The notes under the pieces were generated by a model. That model was not told where the DNA came from. It did no database searches and was given only the letters and a program-made list of their open reading frames with translations. The translations under genes and the position numbers were made by a program. Below, piece by piece: positions 1 through 11,441 of a DNA stretch of 64,000 bases (positions are counted from its first letter, which is position 1; each line of letters starts with the position of its first letter). The stretch is from Macrostomum hystrix. Lineage: Eukaryota > Animalia > Platyhelminthes. The stretch is taken from NCBI GenBank assembly GCA_950097015.1, contig CATNEN010000039.1, positions 8,866,001 to 8,930,000 on the forward strand, read 5' to 3'.

Positions 1-60
1 TGTATATATTGTGTTCATCAAAATGAAAGTGCACGGTCAATAGAAAGCTCAACAATTAAG

Positions 61-112
61 AGGCCTGCTACATATACGAGCTGCGAATGCATGGCCAGCA
101 CCGTCTGCCAGC
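61..112 (+). pseudogene. Degenerate copy of part of the MFS gene last exon
   Basis: aggcctgctacatatacg...tggccagcaccgtctgccagc aligns with 3205-3250 (aggcctgttacgtgtacg...tggccagcaccgtctgccagc). It has a 21-nt exact match and a small insertion. Confidence 0.5.
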
Positions 113-1055
113 GCCCAGCAACTATTTATGTTGCTAAGCCAATGTTACAGGCTCACGCGCTGTCTAATATTATTGAGGTTACGCTTTTTCCTATTTCTAC
201 TTTGAGTGAAGTAGCAGGGAAAGGAATTTTTCTAAAGATTTTAATTGCATTGAATGCTTAGGATTTATTTAATTATTGAAGATATTAAGGATAAGAAAGA
301 AATAAATGGCGTTATAAATAAATGCCTCCTCGTTCGCAGGCACTCGTTCTTGTTTATTTCATTTGTCCTAGAAGGTTTTGAAATTGTTGAGATAGGGTAA
401 ATATTCGGTGGTTGTTGCAGAATGAACTGTATTTGCACTAAATGTAGCATTCACTAAATGATTTAAAGTTGTTCTTACTTTCATGACACACAGTGTGTCA
501 TTTAAAAATCTTATAGAAAAAAAGCAGCGTCCAATTCTAAAAGAGCCAGTCGCATTGGACGCATGACATGTAAGGGTTGACGAAGGCTGTAAGAAGACTA
601 TAGGAATGGAATGTTAAGACTAAAGGAAAGAGAGCCTCCCACCCCAACTGTGAGGTCTGGGCTTGAGCACATTTGAGCAGATTGAGCATATAGCCTCAAT
701 CCCGTGACCCTAAAAGCCGCTTCTCTCTTCACGAGCGTCTCTCCGGAAGTGGGCCAGCCACAGCTTGTGCGTGTTGGTCGATTCGTTCACCTATTAAGAA
801 AGAAAGAAAATATGGGAGTTAAGGAGGTGGGATGCAAATTGGAGTGAAATGCTTTGCGTGCACAGTACAGAGTACTTTGAGCAACAGCTGCTTGGCACAC
901 TCGCGCATAAATATTCAACTGCAATAGGAGTCCTAGAAAGAGTGGAGCAGGGTGAGCAGTTTTGAAGTCTGTGAGGTACGCCAAACTGTAAATACAGTGG
1001 CTTTAGACTTCAATACACGGGACAATTTAATACAATTTAAACAGCGAAGAGACCA

Positions 1056-3309
1056 ATGAAACAGTTGTCCAGAAGTCTGAACATCGAGCAGCGAGAATGG
1101 CTTCTGCTGATCAGCGCCTGCTTGCTGAAGCTCATTTCTGGTCTGTCTCTATCTGGGCCCATCTACGCCAACTTCATGAAGTTGAGCTATGGACTCAGTC
1201 AGCGCCAGCTTGACTTCTGTATCGCAGTCATGTACCTGGGCACTCTGCTTATATTAATAAGTGGCATCTTCTATGATAAATTCGGAGCCCAAAAGTCGAT
1301 CGCGCTTGGTGGCATGCTCTCTACGTTGTCTACCATCTTCCTGATCATTGCAATGGCGTACCCTGAGCCGCTTAAGCCGCATGTGTGGTTGCTTTACCTC
1401 CTGCTGTTCTTGTACGGCCACAGTTTTAACTACAGCTACGTGGCTGCTATCGCATGTTGCATGAGCAGTTTTCAGCCAAGCAGACGGGGCTACATCATGA
1501 CGCTGTTAGACAGCAGTTTCAGTCTGGGACCACCAATTGTGGCCTTCATCTACTATGTTGCTTTTAACAACAGTCACCGCAGTGCCACAGAGCAGAGCCC
1601 CGTCGGAACCCTTATTGTGCTCCTCGTGTTCACCTCAGCCATTCAAATATTTGCGTACGTCTTTCTGACACCTCTAGACAATCGGTTGGATGCCGAAGGT
1701 CTCTCGGAGTCTATGCCTATTCTGGGAGCGCAAAATCAGGAAGAGTCGCAAAAGCTCCGGCAGCCGTCGTACTCTGCTGCGGCTGCCTCATCAGACGACG
1801 AAATCAGCGACACATCGGCGGCGCCGTCATCAGCGACCGAACGAGAATCCAATGAAAACTATCAGCATAACAGTCCTGACGAGGACTGTCTGACCCAGGC
1901 GCGTGAATTCATGACGGCTTGCTTCTCTGCGCGCTTCCTGCCACTCCTGCTGGGCTTGGCCCTCACAATCGCCCCAAACCTGACGGCTTTTATGAACGTC
2001 ACGAGCGTCACTCGCAGCCTATCCCTAACGCCCTATGACGTGTATTTTTTCTGGGTGCCCAGTCTAGCCAGCATGGCCTGGCGCTTCCTGATTGGCCCGC
2101 TAACCGACCGTTACATGCCGCGAGCCAGCCAACGATCCATCGCGCTGCTGGCCGGCGTTGCCTGCTTCGGCGCTCCGGGAGCGTTGATGCTGAGCACTCC
2201 GATTGCTCCTGGTGCCTCCCCGCTCGGCGTCACTATGATGGCCTACATCCTGGCCAACCTGTCAGCGGCCACCCTGTTCACCCTAGCTCCGGTGATCATC
2301 TCCCAGACGGAGCCGCGTCGCCTCTTCGGTCGCCTTTACTCTGCCTGCCTGGTCCTGGGCTCTGCTGCTGCTCTGCCGCTGATGCTGCAGTTTGGAGCGC
2401 TCTACGATATGCATGCGCTACAATGGACAGGTGAGAATTTTCATATCGTATCTCGATTTCTTTCATCGCAGCCTATTGTAGGTAGTCAGTTTCGAGAGCT
2501 ACGTTTTCCCAAGGTAGTCAGGTTTCGATAGCTTGGTTTTCCCAAGGTATATGCCTGTCTGGTTAGAAAAAGTTGCCTATTGTTGTGAAATGATGAGATA
2601 TGAAAGGACTCGCGCGTGTAATATTGTGAAGCTTTCAACAAAAACACGGAATTGCGGGCACAGGGCCTCATAAGTATATAAGTATATTAAAACCTTTACT
2701 TGGGGCGGCAGGAGGAGCAAGGTGAGATAAGAGGGGTGGCCAGGAATTGGGTGGCGGCTGAGCCGGGCGGCAGAAGGACAAATAAACAAGGTGGGCTTGG
2801 ATAGCAAATGGTCGAGGTGAAGAGAAAATGCGGAGGCAGAAAAATCGATAAATTAAAATGTACATTCAGGTAAACAGAGACAGAGGGACAGGAGAATTAA
2901 AGGAGGGAACAGATAGAAGGAGAGCGTTTGTGGTTACAGATTTACAGACACCTATTATCTTAAACTCCCATTTGCAAACTCCCGTTGGGATGTTCGTCAG
3001 TAGCATTGAGCATTGAGCATTGTTTTGCTAGTCTTCTTCCGAAACAACGGGATTGCACCATCGCGTGCAACCAGCACACGTATATATAGAGAGAAAGCGA
3101 CCAGTGCAAATTATATAATATTATCTCATTTATCCTGCACAGCGTCCAACGCTAGAAACGCAACAGCGACGTCCTCGCCTGACATCCAGCCAGAGTGCTT
3201 CGGCCAGGCCTGTTACGTGTACGGAGGCGTGGCCAGCACCGTCTGCCAGCTCGTGGCCATCGCCTGTCTGGCCTACTATGCCGTGACCCTGCGGCTGGCC
3301 AGCACGTGA
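1056..3309 (+). CDS. MFS transporter (nodulin-like/MCH1-type), 2 exons
   Basis: Exons 1056-2430 and 3143-3309, joined in phase 1 (ACAG|gtgag ... tgcacag|CG). About 12 hydrophobic helices, MFS motif-A-like GIFYDKFG and GPLTDRY, an acidic central loop, and C-terminal C-x-G-x-x-CY. Confidence 0.85.
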
Positions 3310-3469
3310 GCAGCAAAACAGAAATAAACAAAAAGGCGCACGTTCCAGACCTCGCTGAGTACGATGATCTTTTAACCAATTGAATTTATCGCAGGTTTAA
3401 GTATTTTATAATCAATAGCAACTTACATAAACGTGTTTTAAATCGTCATGATTTAGGCGTGAATCTTTT

Positions 3470-3761
3470 ACTATGGAAAACGTGCATCCCAGTAGCCACG
3501 GAAAACCCGCGGAGAATCCACGAATTCACGAATCCACGATTTGCAGGGATTGCAAATAGTATATGTTTTAGCAGCTATCAATAAATTTTAGACTTTTCAA
3601 GACTTTTTAGACTTTAGTACCTAAAGTTCGAAGCAATACGCACGCTTTTTGTCAGTCCCTTCTATGCCATGGATTCTCCGCGGAATTTCCGCGGACAAGG
3701 TTTCAGCGTGAAGATTCGGGAATGATACCATAATTTCGTAAGGTTCACATGTTTTCCCAGT
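3470..3761. mobile_element. Small foldback/MITE-like element
   Basis: ccacggaaaacccgcggagaatcca (3496-3520) is the reverse complement of 3670-3694 at 22/25. The outer ends are also roughly inverted (actatggaaaacgtg / catgttttcccagt). Confidence 0.5.
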
Positions 3762-4903
3762 CAGTCTTAACAGCGCAAAGATCCTGTAGCCATTACTACG
3801 AGTATGAGCAGTGCTGATGAATCATAGCGCTCAAAGTTACTCAGACTGTTTGGGAATATCGTTCAGAAATTTTGCGAGTGTCAGTAAAATCCAAGAAAAC
3901 CGACCAATACTTTTACGTTTGGGTCAAGACATTTTCTTCGCCACAATTAAAATTTAAAGTACTTATTGAATTACAATTATTCGGATTGAAATCCATCAAC
4001 TTCCAGAAATAAGCTATGAAACACAAAACATTTGAGAGGAAGTGTTTAACCTGCTGCAAATATATCGAGTCACAACTTATTGTAAAATAGCTACTTAACC
4101 TGGGCTCGCTTGCTTGTTGGCTACTCAAATTGAAGCTACTATATCCACCAATGCTAAATCTCCCATATTTGCTAATCTGTTAGATTTTCCTATTCATTAG
4201 ATTTTTGCAAAGGACATTCATACATTTTTGCCACGGTTCATTTTTGCCAGTGCCATAGGAAAAAATATATTCCTGATCAGTATAGTCGTCATTACTTTAC
4301 GTCATTACATTAAATCTTATTAGTACTCGACCACCATTGACTTAACTGCATGTGGATTTTAAATTTAGTATTTCTATTTAAATGGAAAATGTGTAATTTC
4401 GCAAACGATTTTTAGCAGAATACGAGTAGTATGAGCGAATTACAGAAATATTTACTCCTTCGTATAAAGCTAGACGTAATTCTTAGAATGCATAGCAGTT
4501 AAAAGCCCTTGTGGGCAATAGATTCATTCAGACAATAAGCCGCAGACCTCACAGAAGCAGATAATTTTATGCTGCATAATTTCTTATCACACAAAAAGCA
4601 GAGAGCCTTGCAAGGGCTAGGTTCATTAGCATTTTATATTTTACGCATCTTATCAAAGCGTCACCGAACGGTATCACCAAGTTGCATGCAGGACGTTTCT
4701 TCGTGAGCACTTTCTTGGCTGCAGTCTTCATGTTTGTATTGAATCGCTTCAAAATTGCGAAGAGTACTTCATCAAGCAGTCTAGTCGATAAAACCGTCAA
4801 CTGTTTTGAAGAGAGATAATTAAAATCGAGGATTTTAACAGGAGGAGAATCATGATGAATTTTTTTAACGAAGAGACAAATTCTAACCCCAATTTGTACA
4901 TTC

Positions 4904-5214
4904 AATAATAATAATTAATAATTGATTACACCTGCCCCAATTGGGTCAGATGTGCAGCCGAAAATGCAGCCGCAGCTAATGCGCGGCGCATCTGAAGACT
5001 GCGTACAGCTGTTCAGTCCATGAACTGGGGGGACGCCACACCCACCTTCATTTATCCCAGCTGATGCTGGTACCCATTTAACAGCTGGGTGAACTGAAGC
5101 AATGCAGAGTTAAGTGTCTTGCAAAAGGACACAAATTGTTCCAGTGGAGTCGGCAATCGAACCCCCGACCTTTAAGTCGTGAGTCCGACGCCCTAACCAC
5201 TAGGCTAAAACCTC
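4904..5214 (-). mobile_element. tRNA-derived SINE, family A
   Basis: Minus-strand head has A box TAGCCTAGTGG and B box GGTTCGATT. Central cacccagctgttaaatgggtacc domain and (ATT)n tail. Homologous copies occur elsewhere in the window. Confidence 0.85.
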
Positions 5215-5625
5215 TCTTGAATCCTTGTTGATTAAAAATTATGAGTCTATACCCCAGTCTCTTTTCTGAGTTTGGGTAAGTGACAAAGTAGCTTGCCGAA
5301 AGCGAAACACTTGCTATAACTTTTATATGAAAATTTGAACATTTATCTTTAAATCAGTTTCCTTAGGATCATTTCCTTTCCATTTTCACTCTATCCGATG
5401 AAACAACTTACGGAATCACACAGCATCGCATTGTCGAGATATTCAACGATTCTCGTCGAGGTGTCTGGTGGCAAAAACCCACCGATATGGGAATATTTTT
5501 TCTGCTTAAAAGATTTCATCATGTAACCATGTCGGCTATATTGTTCTTGAGTACGAGTTTACTACATATTGATTTTTTATGAATTTTTATTGATCATTGA
5601 AATAAACTACGAGCTAGATTAGCAT

Positions 5626-6374
5626 CAGTGGCGCAACCAGGTTTTGCCTTAGGGGGGCGGTCTTTGCGTACATTACCCTTTGCGTACATTGCCCTTTGCG
5701 TACATTGCCCTTTGCGTACATTGCCCTTTGCATACATTGCCCTTTGCGTACATTGCCCTTTGCGTACATTTCCCTTTGCGTACATTACCCTTTGCGTACA
5801 TTGCCCTTTGCGTACATTGCCCTTTGCGTACATTGCCCTTTGCGTACATTGCCCTTTGCGTACATTGCCCTTTGCGTACATTGCCCTTTGCGTACATTGC
5901 CCTTTGCGTACATTGCCCTTTGCGTACATTGCCCTTTGCGTACATTGCCCTTTGCGTACATTGCCCTTTGCGTACATTGCCCTTTGCGTACATTGCCCTT
6001 TGCGTACATTGCCCTTTGCGTACATTGCGCCGCGGGTCGAAGGGGGGCGGCCGCCAGGTGGAGCGCGCTCTGTTTCGCGGTTTTCGCCCATCATTCCTGG
6101 GCCAATTTCAAGGGCCGGTAGGGTAGGGCCCAGACGATTTAAAAGGTTTAAAAATCAGAACGCACGCACGATTATAATGAAAGCTTGAAAATTAATATAT
6201 GACTAATGGGTCTTGGACTTGGTCTTTTGGTCTATGTACGTTGGACTTGGGGGACAGGGAATGAGATGATAAGGTTATAATTATTAAGAAGCGTCTTGGC
6301 TTGCCCTTTGCGTACATTGCCCCCGCGGGACGAAGAGGGGGGCGGCCGCCACCCCCCCCCTGATTGCGCCACTG
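5626..6374. mobile_element. Non-autonomous hAT element (MITE) carrying a 16-bp minisatellite
   Basis: TIRs CAGTGGCGCAA(C/T)CAGG; perfect 8-bp TSD ATTAGCAT at 5618-5625 and 6375-6382. Confidence 0.92.
5662..6028. repeat. 16-bp tandem repeat (TTGCCCTTTGCGTACA), about 23 copies
   Basis: Directly visible. It explains the repetitive six-frame ORFs at 5594-6188. Confidence 0.97.
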
Positions 6375-7074
6375 ATTAGCATAGAGGTTCAAACAGAGCG
6401 ATGAATTTTATGTTCTTGTCACAAGGGTATACGACAAGAATTGCTGAATATCTCGACGATATGACGTCGGACGGCTTCGAAAGTGAAAGTTTTAGTTCAT
6501 CGTAAAGGGCGGAAAATGTTGATCTACGCTAGTATATTGGTGGACTTACACGAAAATCGGTCATTATGTTTGGGAGCTATTGTGAAGTAGGCGTGTGGGG
6601 TATTTAAAATACTCCCACGTGGTCGTTCCCCAGTGGGAAAATAGCGTGGTTATTCTACGTTAAACGTTTTTAACTCTCTAAGCTTTCGGTCACTCATCCT
6701 AGTTAGGTACGCTCGTCGTATGATACTGATTAGTAGGAACAAAGATGATAACACAAGCACGATAAATTTCGAGTTTATTTGTTTCATGTGAGAGTACTGT
6801 TTATTGTGGCTCGTTATAAGAAAAAATTAAAGTTCAATGAAAAATTAGAACACTCATTTTGATACGGATCACCGATGGAACCAACACATTAAAGGGCTAG
6901 ATTAGCGCACAGTCTTCTAAGAGAATGACAAATATAGAGAAGGAAATAGTTTTTACCTTCATTTGCAACTCTCCGTCTTCAAGATATCAACTACCCGACA
7001 GGGTTGAGTGGGCATAAATCGAAAAGCTTAATTATGTGTGGCATTGAAAAGCCAGCTTGTCCTAAAAAAGCCAT

Positions 7075-10000
7075 TCACAGTTGAGTCTCGAAGTTCAGCT
7101 GAATCATCTCTCGCGTTGTCGGGCTGTCCATAGAGCAGCTGCGGGCGCCGTTGTTGGCTTGAACGTCGGCGGCCCGCATGCGCTTGAGACTGGCCAGGTA
7201 AGCTCCCCCAAATGCGGCCAGGTGAGCAAACAGTTCGCCGAATTCGAACACGGTGATGACGCTGGCACCCATCCACAGCCCGAGGATGCCGCCAATGTCG
7301 GAGAATAGCTTCTCAAGTTCGTAGCTGCGCTCCTCTAGCAGCTGGCGAGAGGTCAGCGTCTTGGGATAGACGCGCACCTGCAGAGGTGTTGAAGGTACCT
7401 CTCCGAGTTTTCTTAGGTGATTTTCAGGCTGAGACAGCGTAAGGCAGTTTTCGTTCGTATTCCTGATTTTACCTGTTAATCTAAGAGCACAGTATTTTTT
7501 GCTGAGTTTTAATCGCGTGCCCGTCAATTATTTTGCCAATTTGGGAATCGGGATTTTCTATACTAATTCCTCATGCAGATTGAAGCTTGGAGCAATTTGG
7601 GACAGCCGTACAGCACATCCAAATCTTCCTCAATATGCTTATAATTAATAATTAATTTGTATTTGATTAAACCTGCCCCATCGGGCCAGTTGTGCAGCCG
7701 TCAGCCATTGCGCGGCGCATCCGAAAGCTGCTTACGGCTGTTCAGTCCATGGACTGGGGACCCCACACCCACCCTCAATGAACCCAGCTGATGCTGGTAT
7801 CCATTTAACAGCAAGGTGAACTGAAGCAATGCAGCGTCTCGCTAAATGACACAAATTGTTCGTATGCAGTCGGGAATCGAACCCCCGACCTTTAAGTCAA
7901 AACCACTAGGCAACGCTCGAATCGTACAGATTAGCAGCATAAAAAGCAAGGGCACTTGGGCTCGAGAGTCGAAAAAAAGCTAGTCCTTGCTCCCGCTCCG
8001 AATGTCTCCATAAAATAATGGCTCACCTGCACAAGTGTGTTGCTAATGAATGACTGCAGCTCGCGACACGAATCCGAAATCAGCATCGATTGAGACACAC
8101 CTCCGACTGGAGGGACGCTATCTTCGCTCTCTTCCTCCTTGCAGGCGCTCAGATTGAGCCCGGAGATGCTCAAGGAGGCGGCCAGAGCCGCAGCCGGCTG
8201 TGCGCTGCCGACCCGGCTGAGATAGCCCTCCATCAGCTCGGCCAGCTTGCGCAGCCGGCTGAGGCTGCCCCGGCCAGCGAACGAACGGTCCGGCCACTCG
8301 GCCAGAGAAATGCTGGTCGCATAGTCGGTGCGCCGGCACTCGTTGCGACACTCGGAGGCGTGCAGCCGCGCAGTGTAGCTCTGTGCGCAGGCTGCCCGAG
8401 CGAGCCGTACAGACAGGGCAGGCTTCGCCGACACCAGTCGCTGGCCAACGTAGTCGGCGATTGTGCCAGCATAGCGGCGACGATTGGCCTCGCTCGCCCG
8501 GCTCCAAAGGCCGGCTGCGAGGTCGGCTAATCGACGGAAGCTGAAGTTTCTGTTGCCTCTGTGGACAGGGGTTAGTGGCGATGCGCTAATAGGCCAATCC
8601 TCAAGAACTGAAAGGTAGATGCTGAGATGTGCTTAGCCAGTTTTGTTTCAGATTCTGGATATACTCACCCGGCGCTGCTAGATCTGGGTCGAGTTCCCGG
8701 CAGTGGCGCTATTCCCAGCAGGTCGTGACAGTACTCCGAGCGCATTAGGGCCATCTGTTCAACTGGCACAAGACCCTCGATGGTGCAGTTGCACGCCTCG
8801 TGCAGGTGAACTGACTGCTCGGTTTCAACGCAGTCGTACAGCCTGCCAAGGTAGGTCTCGGTGCGCTGCAGAAAGCTGTTCCAGTAAGTCCGCTGCTCGG
8901 CAGGCTGGCACGGCCGGCTGTCAGTGTCGGCCAGTCGAACTCGAGTCTGCGTCAGCGCCAGGTCTGTGCGCATGCCCACCGGAGCGGTGAGGCCGAACTC
9001 GTGCGGGTCTGCCCGAGTGCCGCCCTGGTGGATGGTCATCTTGGGCGGGGAGGGCGACCGCGATCGGGAAGGTGAAGGAGAAAGTACTTCCAGGATCATA
9101 CGCTTTTGAATTGGCGACAAGCAGTTAGTTTTGCTGGGTTCTATTGATTGCAGAGCTCGTTAAAATTATGTCTCAAAAAATCTCACCTGGTTGGGTGCTT
9201 TGTAATGTTTCAATCTCGAACCCAAAGTTTAATATAGCTCGTACTCGTACTCATTAAATCTCTCAGGGCATAGCCGCTGTGAGAAGGTTTGGTGGCTTGT
9301 CGTGCAATTTACACCCTTAAGCGGCGAATTCCAAGGCACAGTGAAAGTTTACACTGCCTGAAGCTCAGTCAGGAAAGTCAGGAAAGTCAGGAAAGTCAGT
9401 CAGCGAAATGGGTAGAATTGCTTCCTCGCTGGCTGTAGGTCTAGTGTCACCAAATGGTGTACCATTGCCCGCAGCTCTCCTTCAGTCATTTTTATTATTT
9501 TTATGTTCAGTTTGAGCTTGAGCAAGGGAAATTCAAAAGTGGTGAAATACCTGAAAGCCCCGGTTCTCCAGCCCTGTGACAGTCTTGACTGTACGGTCCT
9601 CCTCAAAGTTGGCGTCTACTGAGGGCGGATAGAGCACCATCACGAGGCCGGCGGAGGCGCCCACCTTGCCGAGCCGTCGCCAGGCTGGCCTAAATGTAAA
9701 GCAGTTGCCGAAGCTGTCATCGTAGTACAGGCTGAAGTTCTGAAAGCCGCAAGTCGTGCCTTCAAATTCGCAGTGCAACAAAAAGTCCAGGATTCGGGCG
9801 CTGACTTTGGACATGTTAAACTTGTGCCCGGAGGCTGTGTAGGTGGCCCTGACGAAGGTTTTGGTCTCCCAGCCGAACTGATAGCCAAGGAGTGTTTGGA
9901 TAACCTGCGAGTACCTGTTCAGGTGGTGGTTGTTGAGCATAGAACTTCCATTAGAGTCTCACCTGCTTAAACATACTATAAGGATCGATGGTTTAATTAT

Positions 10001-10429
10001 TAGATTCCAATGATCCAACACAAATCACCTAGTAAAGCTCTTATCATTTGCGCTGTCAAAGTGCGACACATTGTACAAGAAGAACTTCTTCAGCATGGAG
10101 TCGCACAGGGTGACGTCGGGAAATTCGAACCCGTTAACTTCTTGTCGAACAGTTGACCCGACTGGGTAGCTGAGGTACAGCCGAACCAAGCTGACGGTGT
10201 GCTGGCTGACTCCAAGCATTGCGCAGGTGAACACGGCCAGCCAGATGAGCCGGCCCGCCTGACTGGCCTCGTTAACCAGCCGACTGAGCCCGTGGGCTGT
10301 CATGCTAGCCGCCAGCTGGTGCAGCCGTACCGCCATGAGGCGCCTGTTGGCCGCTTCGGCTGCCGCTGCCGCCGCGGCTGCGCCTGTCGGAGTTGTTGAC
10401 GTCATTGTAGCAGCGTTAGTCTGGGACAT
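7075..10429 (-). CDS. DEG/ENaC (ASIC/FaNaC superfamily) cation channel, about 657 aa
   Basis: Exons 10429-10029, 9975-9963 (probable microexon), 9904-9551, 9039-8669, 8558-8027, 7377-7075, all GT-AG and phase-consistent. Motifs: TAHG, FPDVTLC, FGNCFTF, Cys-rich thumb, SDIGGILGLWMGASV (GAS belt). Confidence 0.92.
7640..7917 (-). mobile_element. tRNA-derived SINE, family A (intronic copy)
   Basis: Colinear with 4904-5214, with a small deletion in the tRNA head. Confidence 0.8.
9280..9505 (+). mobile_element. SINE family B, 5'-truncated
   Basis: Shares cagcgaaatgg..gaattgc..cctcgctg..ggtctagtgtcaccaaat with 39232-39495 and 49200-49600. Internal (agtcaggaa)n expansion. Confidence 0.75.
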
Positions 10430-11441
10430 ACTGATTACGGGACTGAAGCTAAACTACATTAAAGAAGGCTGTGTGCATGGCTTGCCGACTAAATACCATT
10501 TGTCAGTTGATGGTATGCTTCTCGAGACTACCAAAAGCCAGTCGTTTGGTTGGTCTGAGCAGATTTCAGAGCAGTGCTCTCTGCTTTTCTTCCAATTGGT
10601 TGATGTCGGATCAATGAAATTCTATTTTTTAGGAAATTTTATGGCATCCTTTTAATTTTTAATTTTAATTTGCTTTTATGTAGTTAGTAATTCGCTTAAT
10701 TTGCTTAATGTAGTGCACACGGTGCAAAATGCATTTATTATTCCCGCGATCCAATTAAAGGCTATGATGTATGCGATGAGTGTCTTGGTCGACAAATCGA
10801 TATAATTAATAAGTCAGTCATGTATTAAAAAAAGTCATAGCACTCTGACATAATCATGTGAGCTTTCAGTTTAAAAAAATCACAAAAATTTACATATGCT
10901 GCTCGAGCTTGACGGTGCAATTGTGCATTTAACGTTCTGAACCCTTAAAAGGGTTACTTGATCGAGTATTTATGGCGAAAATTCTAAAAACTGTATTTTT
11001 AGTATATATATATTCTTCAATTAACGTCCGTTTAAAGCTATTAGTTATAACGAGCTGAACTATTTCCTTACTAGCCTAGCCGATGACTGAGACTGTAAGA
11101 CAATTATGAGTATTTTGAACGTAGAGTACAAATGTCTTCTTTTTCAGAGAAGATACCTAAAACTAAAAGTATATTCGTAGTTATATATGCCTTAAAAGAG
11201 ATTAAAAAACAAAAAAATTAAAACCTTCAACGTTATACAAAAAATAGTACTTAATTAAGACACACCAGCGTGCTTTTTTGATTTAACTAGCCATTCTAAT
11301 GAATACTAAGTTAGGAACGGATTTGAAATACATTATTCCGATCTGTTTATTGCCTTTCGTATTAAATTAAAATTCTTTTCGTTTATTCATAACAGCAAGG
11401 AGACATGAATCAGTTTTGATTTTATTTTGTTTGATTTTCAT

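Noticed and set aside
5145-5214. tRNA gene (likewise 34575-34650)
   Set aside because: No proper acceptor stem, and it continues into a SINE body and tail.
5594-6188. Long repetitive ORFs in all frames
   Set aside because: Artefact of a stop-free 16-bp repeat inside a MITE.
9955-9965. Premature TGA or recursive AG|GT site in the DEG/ENaC gene
   Set aside because: A microexon or the alternative acceptor restores the frame with normal-sized introns.
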